Shown: positions 15,972 to 27,074, counted from the whole stretch's first letter. The stretch: DNA of 63,914 nucleotides, filler included, from Nanobdellota archaeon (GCA_003660925.1; 5 parts of 5 records of this genome joined end to end with filler, not necessarily neighbours in it); one strand, 5' to 3'. The notes: a model not told the origin generated them from the letters alone. Translations and numbers: made by a program.

Positions 15972-16829
15972 TATCTTTGTTCCCTCTTAGGAGAGCAAGT
16001 ACCCCCAACAGGCTTACCGACGAACGAGGTCTACAACAGGTTCGTGAAAGTCTTGGATTCCAAACCCAGGATGTTGATCATAGTCCTGGACGAGATAGAT
16101 GCTTTGGTGAGGAAACAAGGAAGTGATGTGCTCTACAACCTAACTAGGATGGAGTTGGAGAACGCCAAGATGAGCTTCATAGGTATATCTAACGATGCAA
16201 CTTTGAAAGACTTGTTGGACCCAAGGGTAAGGTCGAGCTTGAGTCAAGAAGAGATAGTTTTTCCACCCTACGATGCCCTCCAATTGAGGGATATCCTTTG
16301 GAAGAGGGCGGAAATAGCGTTTTCCAAAGGGGTTGTGGATGAAGTGATAATCTCAAAATGTGCTGCCTATTCTGCGAGCGTGGATGGAGACGCTAGAAAG
16401 GCCCTGGACCTCCTACGCATAGCTGGGGAATTGGCTGAGAGAGAGAACGCTAACTCTATAAGAGAGGAACACTTGAACGAGGCTATAAAGAAGATGGAGA
16501 CTGATAGTGTGTTGGAGATTGTTAGGAAGCTCACGAAACATAGCCTACTCGTCCTTTACTCCACCATATTACTCTCTAAGTTGAGGGATGTCCTCACTAC
16601 TGGGAATGTGTATTCTTTTTACTGTAAATTATGTGAGAACATCGGCCTTAATCCTTTAACTCAAAGGAGGGTCTCTGACCTTCTAGATGAATTGGATGTG
16701 TTGGGGCTCATAAAAGCAGAAGTGATCTCTAAAGGTAGATATGGGAGGACGAGGGAAATAAGCTTATCTATAAAAGGAGAAATCCTAGATAAGATATGCG
16801 ACTTGACCAAGGAGGTGTTCGGGATCTGA
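15972..16829 (+). CDS. cdc6: Orc1/Cdc6 replication initiator (5' truncated)
   Basis: IIVLDEID, IGISND, LDPRVRSSL, FPPY, GDARKALDLLR.AGE.AE, SKGRYGRT winged helix. Confidence 0.95.
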   Translation, partial: YLCSLLGEQVPPTGLPTNEVYNRFVKVLDSKPRMLIIVLDEIDALVRKQGSDVLYNLTRMELENAKMSFIGISNDATLKDLLDPRVRSSLSQEEIVFPPYDALQLRDILWKRAEIAFSKGVVDEVIISKCAAYSASVDGDARKALDLLRIAGELAERENANSIREEHLNEAIKKMETDSVLEIVRKLTKHSLLVLYSTILLSKLRDVLTTGNVYSFYCKLCENIGLNPLTQRRVSDLLDELDVLGLIKAEVISKGRYGRTREISLSIKGEILDKICDLTKEVFGI

Positions 16830-18241
16830 GAGATTTATTCGAGGAAAAAGGTTTTCTACTCAGCCCAGATTTAGAGTTGGGTGACGATGCCAAAGAGTTC
16901 TTGAAGTTCTTGGAAAGGATGCCTGAGAAGCCATTAGTGGTGACCAGAGAGTTGTATCATAAGTTCAAGTCGAGGAGGAAGAAAGGACCCAATTACAAAG
17001 TGCTCTTCAGCTATGAGGAGAGTAAGAGGAAGAAAGTGGACATCAACGATTGGTTGATTTACTTCAACAAGAGGTACGAGAAGATGAGCTCTCTCTTGAG
17101 GAACAGGATGGAGGTAAAGGATGCCCTCTCTATAGATAGGCTTAAAAGTTCGAGCGGGAGGACACAAGCAACCCTCATAGCTATGGTCATGGACAAGCGC
17201 AAGACGTCCAAAGACAACATCATCCTGAAGTTGGAAGACCCTACTGGAGTGGTGAATGGTATAGTGAGCTTCAGGAAGAGGAGGGTGTTCGAAAAAGCGG
17301 AGGAGCTCTTGCCAGATGAGGTTATAGGGGTCGTGGGAGTGAAGTCTGGGAACTTCTTTTTCATCGAGGACATAATCTTCCCAGACATACCCCAAAAAGA
17401 GAGGAAGACCTCTCCTGTCGATGGATTGGCAGCGTTCATAGCTGACATGCACATAGGTTCAAAGATGTTCTTGAAGGATCACTTCGAACGATTCATCAAG
17501 TGGTTGAGAGGGGAGATTGGGAACGAGAAACAGAAAGAACTCGCGAGGAGGATAAAATACCTCTTCATCCTTGGAGATTTGGTGGATGGTGTCGGGGTCT
17601 ATCCAGAACAGTATAAGGAATTGGAGATAGCGGACATATACGAACAATATTCTCTCTTTTCTAAGTACGTCCTTCAAATCCCAGAAGACAAAATCATCTT
17701 CATCATGCCAGGAAACCACGATGCGGTCAGGTTGGAGGAACCCCAACCACCCATTTACAAAGATTTGTTAGAAGACGTCTACGAGCTGGATAACGTGGTG
17801 ATGCTCTCAAACCCTGCCTACGTCAACATCCATAGCTACGACGATTTCCCAGGGTTTAACGTCCTCTTATATCACGGCTACTCCTTTGACTTCTTCGTGT
17901 CGAACCTAGAGAAGCTGAGGGCACAAGGTGGCTACGATGCCTCTGATAAGATCATGGAGCTCGCCCTGAGGAAGAGGCACTTAGCTCCTACTTTTGGGGC
18001 AGTCCCCACAGCCCCTCTTGAGGAGGATCACTTGGTGATAGAAGACGTTCCAGACATCTTTGCCACAGCACACATCCATAAATCCAAGGTAGGGATGTAC
18101 AGGAACGTCACCCTCTTATCAGCTTCTTGTTGGCAGAGCACCACCACCTTCCAAGAAAGGGTGGGCCACCATCCAGAACCAGGAAAAGTTCCTATAGTGG
18201 ATTTGAAGACCGGGAAAGTAACTGTCCTGAACTTCATATAA
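16796..18241 (+). CDS. polB: DNA polymerase D small subunit DP1
   Basis: LEDPTG OB fold, DMHIGSK, GDLVDGVGVYP, PGNHD, RHLAPT, HIH. Confidence 0.95.
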   Translation: MRLDQGGVRDLRDLFEEKGFLLSPDLELGDDAKEFLKFLERMPEKPLVVTRELYHKFKSRRKKGPNYKVLFSYEESKRKKVDINDWLIYFNKRYEKMSSLLRNRMEVKDALSIDRLKSSSGRTQATLIAMVMDKRKTSKDNIILKLEDPTGVVNGIVSFRKRRVFEKAEELLPDEVIGVVGVKSGNFFFIEDIIFPDIPQKERKTSPVDGLAAFIADMHIGSKMFLKDHFERFIKWLRGEIGNEKQKELARRIKYLFILGDLVDGVGVYPEQYKELEIADIYEQYSLFSKYVLQIPEDKIIFIMPGNHDAVRLEEPQPPIYKDLLEDVYELDNVVMLSNPAYVNIHSYDDFPGFNVLLYHGYSFDFFVSNLEKLRAQGGYDASDKIMELALRKRHLAPTFGAVPTAPLEEDHLVIEDVPDIFATAHIHKSKVGMYRNVTLLSASCWQSTTTFQERVGHHPEPGKVPIVDLKTGKVTVLNFI

Positions 18242-18286
18242 TCTCCTACAACAATGTTTTTCTATGAGCTGGGTTTCGGCTAAGTT

Positions 18287-21200
18287 ATGGAGAAGTACTT
18301 CAAAGCCATAGAGGAGGAAGTCAAAAGAGCATATGCCATAGCCCAAAAAGCTAGGAAGAAAGGTTATGACCCCGAACCGAGGGTAGATATCCCCCTGGCG
18401 AAGGACGTGGCAGGAAGGGTGGAAGGGCTTGTGGGGGCTGTTCAACCCAGGATAGTGGGGAAAGGCGTCCCGGAAAGGATAAGAGAATTGGAGAAGGAAT
18501 ACCATCCGGGAGATTGGAGGATAGCTCTCATCATAGCAGAGGAGGTAGCCAAAGAGAAGTTCTGCGAGTTCGATTCCCAAGAACAAGCCTTGGAGACTGG
18601 GATAAGGGCGGGATTCGCCTATCTGACCCTCGGGGTCGTCTCCGCCCCTCTGGAAGGATTCGTGGAGTTGAGGATAAAGAGCAGGGGAGGGAAGAGATAC
18701 TTAGCTAATTACTATGCTGGCCCTGTGAGGGCAGCCGGGGGGACTGCTGCTGCCGTATCTGTCTTGCTCACGGATTATTTGAGGATAAAGTTCGGCTTTG
18801 ATGCCTTCAAACCGACGAAGCAAGAGCTAGAGAGGTACTACATAGAGCTCATGGATTACCACCACAGGGTCTCTAGGCTACAATACTTGCCTACCAAAGA
18901 GGAAGTGTTCTTTCTCCTCGAGCACATACCCATCGAGATAACTGGAGACCCGACCACGGATTTCGAGGTCTCTAACTTGAAGGACGTGGCTGAGACCCCT
19001 AGGGTGAGAGGGGGTATGTGTTTGGTCATAGCGGAAGCATTGGCTCAAAAGGCGAAAAAGCTGTTGAAGAACTTGAAGAAATGGGGAAAGGACTTCGAAT
19101 TGAATTGGGATTGGTTGGAGGAGTTCTTGGAAATTCAGAAAAAGGCACACGGGGGGAAGGGGAAGGCCGAAATCAAAGGGGTAGAACCAAACTACAGGTT
19201 CATAGAAGAGGCTGTGGCAGGCAGACCTATCTTATCTTATCCTTTGAGGAAGGGTGGTTTTAGGATAAGGTATGGTCGCACGAGGCTGTCCGGCTTGGCA
19301 GCAGCTGCCATACACCCAGCGACCATGAGAATACTTGGGGATTTTGTGGCTACTGGGACCCAACTCAAGGTGGAGAGGCCTGGCAAGGCTTGTGCCATAA
19401 CTCCTTGTGACTCCATCTACGGTCCTGTGGTGAGGTTGAAAGACGGGACAGTCTTGAGGTTGAACGATGAAGAAGAGGCTTTGAGGGTGAGGGACAAGGT
19501 GGAGAAGATCCTCTTCCTTGGCGACATCCTCTTCTCCTATGGGGATTTCTACGAGCAGGGCCACAAGTTAGTCCCAAGCCCCTATGTCCCAGAGTGGTGG
19601 GTTCAAGAAGTCGAGAGGAATGGGGGACCAAAACTCGATCCGTTCGAGAAGATAGACGTGCTGGAGGCATGTAAGATATCAGAGAGATATGGTGTCCCCT
19701 TTCATCCCGATTACACCCTGTTCTGGAGTCACATAACTCCAGAGCAACTCCAAACCCTCATCTCCGCCTTGAAGGGTTCCCACCTCTCCCCAAAACTCGT
19801 TAGGGTCAGGAACGATCCGGAGGTCAAAGAGATCTTGGAAGAGATCCTCTTACCCCATAGGGTGGAAGGAGAGGAGATTGTGGTGGAAGGGGAATGGGCT
19901 TTCTCCCTCCTAGTTCAATTGGGATATATACCCAAGAAGGAGTTCGGAGAAGTGGACTTGAATAAAAAGACATTAGAGAACGTGAACAACCTCTGTGTGT
20001 TCGAGGTCAGGGAAGTAGCTCAAACGTATTTGGGAGCTAGGTTGGGGAGGCCAGAAAAGGCCAAGCTGAGGAAGTTGAAAGGGAGACCACAGGTCCTCTT
20101 CCCTTGTGGCCAACAAGGTGGGAGGATGAGGGACTTAATAGCCGCATACGACTTGGGGTACGTGGAGGCAGAGTTCCCTATTTTCTATTGTGGAAAATGC
20201 AATCGCACCACCATATTTCCTACTTGTGAAGTCTGCGGCGAGCCCACGGAACCCTTCAGGGTATGTCCCAAGTGCGGGAAATTAACTAAATTAGAGAGAC
20301 ACTGTGTCCCCACCAAACCATACCAAAGGAGGAGAATCGACATAAAACACTACTTGAACGCAGCCTTGAGGAATTTAGGAGTGGAGATGCCTAGCATGCT
20401 GAAGGGCGTTAGAGGAGTCTCCAACAAGACTAGGATAGGGGAGAGATTGGAGAAAGGCATCTTGAGGGCAATACATGGGTTATACGTGAACAAGGATGGC
20501 ACTATGAGATATGATATGATAGAGGTCCCAGTGACCCACTTCACACCGAAGGAAATAGGGACTCCAGTAGAGAAGTTGAGGGAGTTGGGTTACGAGAAGG
20601 ACATGTACGGGAGGGAGTTGGTGAGAGATGACCAAGTAGTCGAACTGTTCCCTCAAGATCTGATCCTGCCGGATTGCGAGTACAAAGAGGCGAGCATAGT
20701 GGATTTCTTGATAAAAGCGGCCAACTTCATAGATGACCTCCTGGTCAGGTTCTATGGCCTCGAGCCGTTCTATAACGTTAAGTCGAAGGAGGATCTCATA
20801 GGGATGTTGGTGATAGGAATAGCTCCGCACACTTCTGCTGGAGTAGTCGGGAGGATCATAGGGTTCAGCAAGACCCAAGGCTTTTATGCTCACCCCTACT
20901 TCCACGCGGCCATGAGGAGGAATTGTGATGGGGACGAATCGGCCATCATCCTGTTGATGGACGCCTTCCTGAACTTCTCCAGACAATACCTCCCAGACAA
21001 GAGGGGTTCAAGGACCATGGATGCCCCCTTGGTCCTGACAGTGAACTTAGACCCTATGGGAGTGGACTCAGAAGTATATAACATGGACGTGGTTCCCTAC
21101 TACCCGTTAGCGTTATATGAGAAGAGCCAAGAGTTCGCTTATCCTTGGGACATTTCAATCGAGAGGATAGAGGACAGGCTCGGTAAGCCAGAACAGTTCT

Positions 21201-21694
21201 TTGGGATGAGGTATACACACCCCGTCAAGGATATGAACTCTGGGACACTGATATCTTCCTACAAGACCTTACTCCTCATGCTAGATAAGTTGGAGAAACA
21301 AATGGAGCTTGCCGTGAAGATAAAGGCGGTGGACTCCGAAGATGTAGCCAGGTTGGTGATAGAGAAGCACTTCCTTCAAGATTTGAAGGGAAACCTGAGG
21401 AAGTTCAGCAAGCAGAGCTTCAGGTGCATAGATTGTAATGAATTGTACAGGAGGATTCCTTTGGGAGGGAAGTGCTTGAAGTGTGGGGGGAAACTCGTGC
21501 TCACAGTGGCAGAGGGAACAGTGAACAAATACTTAAAACCCTCCTTGGAATTGGCTGAGAAGTTCAACATCACTGGGTACATGAGGCAAGTTCTAGAGAT
21601 CGTCAAGCGCAGGGTGGAGTCCCTCTTCGGAAAGGAAAAAGAAGTGCAAGAGGGATTGGAGAGGTTCATAAATGGTAGAGGAGCGTCGGGATGA
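18287..21694 (+). CDS. polC: DNA polymerase D large subunit DP2 (no intein evident)
   Basis: YAGPVRAAGGTA, GFRIRYGR, RRNCDGDE, MDAPLVL, C-terminal Zn finger and PIP-like QEGLERF. Confidence 0.98.
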   Translation: MEKYFKAIEEEVKRAYAIAQKARKKGYDPEPRVDIPLAKDVAGRVEGLVGAVQPRIVGKGVPERIRELEKEYHPGDWRIALIIAEEVAKEKFCEFDSQEQALETGIRAGFAYLTLGVVSAPLEGFVELRIKSRGGKRYLANYYAGPVRAAGGTAAAVSVLLTDYLRIKFGFDAFKPTKQELERYYIELMDYHHRVSRLQYLPTKEEVFFLLEHIPIEITGDPTTDFEVSNLKDVAETPRVRGGMCLVIAEALAQKAKKLLKNLKKWGKDFELNWDWLEEFLEIQKKAHGGKGKAEIKGVEPNYRFIEEAVAGRPILSYPLRKGGFRIRYGRTRLSGLAAAAIHPATMRILGDFVATGTQLKVERPGKACAITPCDSIYGPVVRLKDGTVLRLNDEEEALRVRDKVEKILFLGDILFSYGDFYEQGHKLVPSPYVPEWWVQEVERNGGPKLDPFEKIDVLEACKISERYGVPFHPDYTLFWSHITPEQLQTLISALKGSHLSPKLVRVRNDPEVKEILEEILLPHRVEGEEIVVEGEWAFSLLVQLGYIPKKEFGEVDLNKKTLENVNNLCVFEVREVAQTYLGARLGRPEKAKLRKLKGRPQVLFPCGQQGGRMRDLIAAYDLGYVEAEFPIFYCGKCNRTTIFPTCEVCGEPTEPFRVCPKCGKLTKLERHCVPTKPYQRRRIDIKHYLNAALRNLGVEMPSMLKGVRGVSNKTRIGERLEKGILRAIHGLYVNKDGTMRYDMIEVPVTHFTPKEIGTPVEKLRELGYEKDMYGRELVRDDQVVELFPQDLILPDCEYKEASIVDFLIKAANFIDDLLVRFYGLEPFYNVKSKEDLIGMLVIGIAPHTSAGVVGRIIGFSKTQGFYAHPYFHAAMRRNCDGDESAIILLMDAFLNFSRQYLPDKRGSRTMDAPLVLTVNLDPMGVDSEVYNMDVVPYYPLALYEKSQEFAYPWDISIERIEDRLGKPEQFFGMRYTHPVKDMNSGTLISSYKTLLLMLDKLEKQMELAVKIKAVDSEDVARLVIEKHFLQDLKGNLRKFSKQSFRCIDCNELYRRIPLGGKCLKCGGKLVLTVAEGTVNKYLKPSLELAEKFNITGYMRQVLEIVKRRVESLFGKEKEVQEGLERFINGRGASG

Positions 21695-22772
21695 TCAAGC
21701 AACCCATCCCGTGACTCTTCATGACACCTTTCCTTTCTGCTAGGAGCCCTAAAAGGGTGGAGAAGAAGAGCACCAACACCCCTTTGAACCCATCAAGGTA
21801 AAAACAAAGGAAGGAGATGAGGGAGAGCAAGGAAGATTTCAGGAGGAAGAGGTTCATCTTTTCCAATCTCTTAGAGAGAAAGTAGGAGAGCTTGATGAGA
21901 AGGAAGTAGGAGAAAAAGGCTGTTAGGAGGGAAACTAACAACAAGAGAGGAAGGTTGACCTCCCTTATGTAAGAGAAAGCACCTAGCCTTGCTTTTCCTA
22001 TCGCCTCCAAGGAGAAGAGGGAAAGTAAAACGTCACTCGTGTTTATGCAACCTATGGAGATGAGGAAGACTTCATCCTTTCTCTTTCGCTCGAATTCTGC
22101 CCCAATCATGGATGCTTGACTTGGGCCTATTGATGGGATGACGCTCAAGGCAAAGGAGGAAAAGAAGCCAAGGAAGAGCCCCTTCATGACGTCCACTTTA
22201 TCCAGAATAAAAGATACCATCTTCATCTGTCTCTTAAAGGGTTTCTTGACGGATAGTAAAGAACTAATCCCAAACATGCCAGTGAGCAGGGGAAGCAAGG
22301 GCTCCCTCATGTTTGAATTGAGAGCGCAAAGTCCCAGGAGGCCAGAAAGCGAGAAGTAAGTTAGAGCCCAGGGCACTTTGTCCTTTAAGATCAGGTGAAC
22401 GGAGATCAATAAGAGGAGAAAGGGGATGAGGGGTTTCACTTCGTAATAGATGAACGGTATCAGGGACAAGAGGAGAGGGTGAAAGACCACACTCAATAAA
22501 ACTCCACCCAACCCACCCAAGGCTAATAACTTGATCCCATACAAGAACCTACCTTCCTCCGTCAACCTCCTCATAGGGTGCACTGTTAGGACGTCTCCTT
22601 CTCCTGGGGAGTAGAACAGGGAGGACCTCAAGAACTCGAAGAAGTTTGCCATCAAAGCTATAGAGACCACGATGAAAGAGAAGTTCTCAACGTTCTTGAT
22701 CAAAGGGGCTATGAGGTTCACATGGAGGCCTGGTATGAGACCTATGAGGACTCCTAAGAAAGCGAGCATCAT
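21666..22772 (-). CDS. TctA/DUF112-family membrane protein
   Basis: GLIPGLHVN, PLLTGMFGISSL, GV.KSH.MGCLI.PT. Confidence 0.8.
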   Translation of the reverse strand: MMLAFLGVLIGLIPGLHVNLIAPLIKNVENFSFIVVSIALMANFFEFLRSSLFYSPGEGDVLTVHPMRRLTEEGRFLYGIKLLALGGLGGVLLSVVFHPLLLSLIPFIYYEVKPLIPFLLLLISVHLILKDKVPWALTYFSLSGLLGLCALNSNMREPLLPLLTGMFGISSLLSVKKPFKRQMKMVSFILDKVDVMKGLFLGFFSSFALSVIPSIGPSQASMIGAEFERKRKDEVFLISIGCINTSDVLLSLFSLEAIGKARLGAFSYIREVNLPLLLLVSLLTAFFSYFLLIKLSYFLSKRLEKMNLFLLKSSLLSLISFLCFYLDGFKGVLVLFFSTLLGLLAERKGVMKSHGMGCLIIPTLLYHL

Positions 22773-23254
22773 ACTTTTTTCTTCATACGCTCAGATATAA
22801 AAGCCACGATCTCCTCCACCACTTCCTCAGCGCCCTTGCCAGTGGTGTCTATGACTAAAGGTTTGTGTCCCCTATCCATAGCTTCTCCCAAACAGACTTT
22901 TACGAGCTCAGCCATCACGTTTTCTTCCACTTTTTCCTCACTCCATCCTCTCTTCCTTAACCTTTCCCTCAACTCCTTCCCGCTGCAAGTGAGGACCACA
23001 CATAGGTCCACTTCATCTGGAGGGAGATAATGAGTTAAGTGACCTTCCAAGATGAAATCTCCCTCTAAGCCTTTGAAGAGCCTCACTAACTTCTCCTCAT
23101 CTATCACATCACTTTTTCTCTTTTCATCGTACCCGACTTTCGCCCTTTCCAGGAATGGCTTCAAGTCAACAACCCTTATCCTGAGCCTCCTCCCCAAGAG
23201 TTTGGCGACCTCACTTTTTCCCGTCCCTGGGGTCCCAGTGATCACTATCCTCAA
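22769..23254 (-). CDS. Adenylate kinase, AK6/Fap7 type
   Basis: ITGTPGTGKS, ILEGH, RL..RGW...KV.EN..AE. Confidence 0.9.
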   Translation of the reverse strand: MRIVITGTPGTGKSEVAKLLGRRLRIRVVDLKPFLERAKVGYDEKRKSDVIDEEKLVRLFKGLEGDFILEGHLTHYLPPDEVDLCVVLTCSGKELRERLRKRGWSEEKVEENVMAELVKVCLGEAMDRGHKPLVIDTTGKGAEEVVEEIVAFISERMKKKV

Positions 23255-23841
23255 AGCTCTATCACCACTCCCTTCTTCCCCACATTTATCACCTTAGTAT
23301 CGTTTATTATACAACTCTCACCAGCCCTTTCGTGCACGTGTCCGCACAAACAGAGCTTGATGACGTTCCTTTCTATGAAATCCCTGAGGGCTTTGGAACC
23401 TATGTGAATCCCCATGGCGGTCCTGTCCACGCACTTGTAAGGAGGATTATGGGTCACCAAGATGGTTTTGTCATCGCTCTTCAACCCCTTCAAGAAGCGC
23501 TCGAAATCTTCTTCCTCCATTTCAAAAGGCGTGTTAAAAGGACCCCTCAACGCCCCACCTATCCCGAAGAACTTGTAGCCCATGAACTCGTACAACCTTC
23601 CATGGAGGTTGATGAAATCGTACTTTAGGCACCACTCATCCACTTCTTCGGGCCTCTCAAAATTCCCAGGTACGATCAAGACCTTCTTGTTGAACTCTGC
23701 CAGGATGGAGAGCCCATACTCCACATTGTTCGACTTTCCTTTCAAGTCACCACAAACGATCACGAGATCCGCTTCTTTCTCCTTTAGCTCCATGAGTTGA
23801 TACCAGTCCCCATGAATATCCGAGAAGGCCAAGACCTTCAC
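23251..23841 (-). CDS. Metallophosphoesterase
   Basis: SDIHG, CGD, PGNFE, THNPP, CGHVHE. Confidence 0.9.
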   Translation of the reverse strand: MKVLAFSDIHGDWYQLMELKEKEADLVIVCGDLKGKSNNVEYGLSILAEFNKKVLIVPGNFERPEEVDEWCLKYDFINLHGRLYEFMGYKFFGIGGALRGPFNTPFEMEEEDFERFLKGLKSDDKTILVTHNPPYKCVDRTAMGIHIGSKALRDFIERNVIKLCLCGHVHERAGESCIINDTKVINVGKKGVVIEL

Positions 23842-25622
23842 AAAACCACCTTTATCTCCCGTCCTTCCTTGAAAGCCCGAACGATTTCCTCTCCTACCTC
23901 ACTCCTCCTCCTTATCCTGATCATTCCCTTCTTTCCAACCGTGGACTCGAAGACCTTCTTCCCGTCTATCCAGATCTCCACGTTCTTCCCCACGAGCCCT
24001 GGTTCCACATACACGATAACGTTTTTATTACCTATCTCTACGTCAAAGTCTATCCTCTCCTTCTCCAAGGGCCTCACGTCTACACTCATCCCCAACTTTT
24101 TCTCTATACTCGCGATCCTTTTTCCCTTTCTCCCTATGAGCTTCGGGACCTCTCTTTCCTCCACGTACACCACGGCCTTCCTATCAGAGGGCACCTCTAC
24201 CTTAACTTCTCCCCTCACCAACCTCCTCATCTCCCTCTCGATGGTCTTGGAAGCGAGCTCCCTTGCTCTTGACCTCTCCTTAACTATGGGTACTACAGCG
24301 GTCTCTTCCCCGAAGGAATACAGCTCATACTCTAACTGACCCGTTAGGAAGTCCCTCACTTCTATCACGGGCCTGGCGAGGTCCGCTTCGGTCATGCCCG
24401 TCGGGACCTTAACGGTCATCTTGAGTTCGTAGACCTTTTGTACCTCCCCATCCTTTATGAAAATCACGGTGTCTATGATGCTTGGGATCATGCCGAGCTC
24501 CACTCTCCCAACGAACCTCTGGATCGCATCTATGGGGGTGGTGGCATGCACTACTCCCACCATCCCTACCCCAGCGAGCCTCATGTCGGTGTAGAGCTTG
24601 AAATCTGGGGTGTTCCTCATCTCGTCGAAGATCGTGTAATCGGGCCTTGACAGGAGTAAGATGTCATGAATCTCATCACTCGTCCCTATGTTCTTCGAAT
24701 ATTGAGTGATCTCCGGTGGAAGCTGAAGGTCTCTTGGGGCCTCCACGGTCTTCACGATCTTGTCCTTACTTGCGTAGAATTCCGCTAACGCTTGAGCGAA
24801 AGTACTCTTCCCTGCCCCAGGTTCTCCAGCGATCAGGATGCCTTCCGCCTTCTTTTCTAACCTCTCCATGAGCTTTGGGTCCAATCCATACTCTTCCAAA
24901 CTCAACTTCCTAATGGGCCTCACAGCTGTTATTTCCAACCCATCGGAGAAAGGAGGCCACGTTATGATGACCCTGTAAGGTCCCAACTGGACTATGGTGG
25001 AACCTTTTCTCTCCACCTCTACGAAACTTCCCTCGGTCATCTTGGCCATCTCTATGATCTGCTTAGCTATCTCTAAAATCTCTTTGTGAGACATCATCTT
25101 CTTAGACAGTTTCACGAACCTCCAACTCCCGGGTTTCCCTTTCTTCGCGAATGGGACAGTCTTTTCTTTCAAATGTACGCTCATTGTTTCCTCATCGAAG
25201 AACTTTTCCAACAATAACTTCCTCCTACGTTTGACCTTCTTGATGAAGATGACTTTCATCCCAATAGCCTTTGCGGTCTCTGCTTGGACTGTGTCGCAGG
25301 TAATGAGCGTGGCGCCGTTCTCCCAAGCAGCCTCCCTTATCATAGCATCTATCTCCCCAGCTCTAGCCCCCCTTATCTGATATTTAGAAGGCCTCTCCCC
25401 AACGTATTCCACCTTGATCCCTTTCTTTTGAGCCAGTTCCCTCAAATCTTTGATCTCCTCCAGACCTAAGAATCCTATTTCCTTCCCATAGTTCGCTTGA
25501 TGCTCTAACTCAGCTATGACTGCTTTATGAATCAAGATCTTCCCCTTTATTTCTCCCCTTTCCACCATACTCGTGAGTAAGCCTTCTATTACTGCGCTCG
25601 TATCCGGCATGTAAGCTTCCAT
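23838..25622 (-). CDS. PIN-domain/ATPase/KH protein (PINA family)
   Basis: PDTS PIN domain, GEPGAGKST, DEMR, VHAT..IDAIQRF, KH IGRKG. Confidence 0.93.
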   Translation of the reverse strand: MEAYMPDTSAVIEGLLTSMVERGEIKGKILIHKAVIAELEHQANYGKEIGFLGLEEIKDLRELAQKKGIKVEYVGERPSKYQIRGARAGEIDAMIREAAWENGATLITCDTVQAETAKAIGMKVIFIKKVKRRRKLLLEKFFDEETMSVHLKEKTVPFAKKGKPGSWRFVKLSKKMMSHKEILEIAKQIIEMAKMTEGSFVEVERKGSTIVQLGPYRVIITWPPFSDGLEITAVRPIRKLSLEEYGLDPKLMERLEKKAEGILIAGEPGAGKSTFAQALAEFYASKDKIVKTVEAPRDLQLPPEITQYSKNIGTSDEIHDILLLSRPDYTIFDEMRNTPDFKLYTDMRLAGVGMVGVVHATTPIDAIQRFVGRVELGMIPSIIDTVIFIKDGEVQKVYELKMTVKVPTGMTEADLARPVIEVRDFLTGQLEYELYSFGEETAVVPIVKERSRARELASKTIEREMRRLVRGEVKVEVPSDRKAVVYVEEREVPKLIGRKGKRIASIEKKLGMSVDVRPLEKERIDFDVEIGNKNVIVYVEPGLVGKNVEIWIDGKKVFESTVGKKGMIRIRRRSEVGEEIVRAFKEGREIKVVL

Positions 25623-25635
25623 AAGCTCAAGAATT

Positions 25636-26973
25636 TCAGTCTCTTTTTAAACCTATGCGTTTAAAACCGGTGTACTTGTGTAGAACTTTTGGAATCTTTA
25701 TGCTTCCGTCCTTCCTCTGGAAGTTCTCCATGATGGCAATGATAGCCCTTCCAGTAGCTATGGCTGTGGAGTTGAGAGTATGAACGTACTTCCTCTCCCC
25801 AGTAGGTAGGAAATACCTTATGTTCAGCCTTCTGGATTGCCACTCCGTACAATTGCTGCAAGAGACCATCTCCCTATACTTTCCCTGGCCGGGGAGCCAC
25901 GCTTCCAAATCATACTTCTTCGCCGCAACCATCCCTATGTCTCCAGTACAAATGTTGACCACCCTGTAGGGTATCCTTAGCTTTCTGAAGATTTCCTCAG
26001 CGTTTTTAATGAGCCTCTCGAACCAGCCCCATGACTCTTCAGGCTTGCAGAACACGAACTGTTCCACCTTGTTGAATTGATGGACCCTGAAGATTCCTTT
26101 TGTATCCCTCCCATGACTTCCGGCCTCCTTCCTGAAGCAAGGGCTTATCCCAACGTATTTCAAGGGGAGGTTCTTTGGGTTCAAGATCTCGTCCATATGC
26201 ATAGCAGCTATGGGGTGTTCTGAAGTGGGTATGAGATAGAGATCTTCTCCCTCTATCTTATACAACATCTCCTCGAAGTCCTCGAAGCTCGTGACCCCTT
26301 CCTCCGCCTTTCCCCTCAGCATGAAAGGGGGCTCTATGGGAGTGAACCCTTTTCTGACCAAGAAGTCCATGGCGAACCTCTGCAAAGCGAGATCTAGGAT
26401 CACCAATTCTTTCCTCAAGTAGTAGAATCTGGAGCCAGCTACTTTAGCCGCTCTTTTCACATCTATGAGCCCAAGTTTATCTGCCAAGTCTTGGTGATCC
26501 AAAGGTTTCCACTTCACTACCTTCGCCTTTTTCCCACCTTGACGCTTGAACTCCTCCAGGTGTTCCTTCCATACCAAAGGCTTTCCCCAAAACCTTATGG
26601 GGACGTTATCGCTTTCGTCCTCCCCGTAAGGGACGGATTCGTGGAGTATGTTTGGCATGCGGAGGAGGTAGTATTCTATCTGCTTTTGGAGCTCCTTCAT
26701 TTCCTTCTCGTTTTCCTCTATCTTTATCTCGATCCCCTTACTTTCCCTTATGAGGACCTTCACTCCTTTCCCTTCCTTCTTCCTCCTGGCGATCTCCTCC
26801 ACGAGTTCGTTCTTCCTTCTCCTCAACCTGTTATCCTCCCTCACTTTTTCCCTCCACTTCTCATCCAACTCTATTAGCTTCTTCACCCAACCTATCTTCT
26901 CTTCATCTCTCCTCTTCTTCAAACTCTCTATGACAACCTCTGGATTTTTCCTCAAAATCTCGATGTCTATCAT
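25636..26973 (-). CDS. serS: Serine--tRNA ligase
   Basis: Coiled-coil N-terminus, YLIPTSEHP, FRKEAGSHGRDTKGIFRVHQF.KVE, HTLNSTAIA. Confidence 0.97.
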   Translation of the reverse strand: MIDIEILRKNPEVVIESLKKRRDEEKIGWVKKLIELDEKWREKVREDNRLRRRKNELVEEIARRKKEGKGVKVLIRESKGIEIKIEENEKEMKELQKQIEYYLLRMPNILHESVPYGEDESDNVPIRFWGKPLVWKEHLEEFKRQGGKKAKVVKWKPLDHQDLADKLGLIDVKRAAKVAGSRFYYLRKELVILDLALQRFAMDFLVRKGFTPIEPPFMLRGKAEEGVTSFEDFEEMLYKIEGEDLYLIPTSEHPIAAMHMDEILNPKNLPLKYVGISPCFRKEAGSHGRDTKGIFRVHQFNKVEQFVFCKPEESWGWFERLIKNAEEIFRKLRIPYRVVNICTGDIGMVAAKKYDLEAWLPGQGKYREMVSCSNCTEWQSRRLNIRYFLPTGERKYVHTLNSTAIATGRAIIAIMENFQRKDGSIKIPKVLHKYTGFKRIGLKRD

Positions 26974-27074
26974 CTTTTCTATCACTTGACCGACCAATAA
27001 AAAAATATGCAACTACCGTAGAGTAGTAAGTTTTTTAAATTCGGAAAACAAAGTAATTATCGGAGGTGGGGGGC

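Noticed and set aside
15566..16043. Replication origin beside cdc6
   Set aside because: The true upstream region is lost in the gap and I saw no ORB repeats.
18287..21694. Intein in DP2
   Set aside because: Length is normal and no intein terminal or LAGLIDADG motifs are evident.
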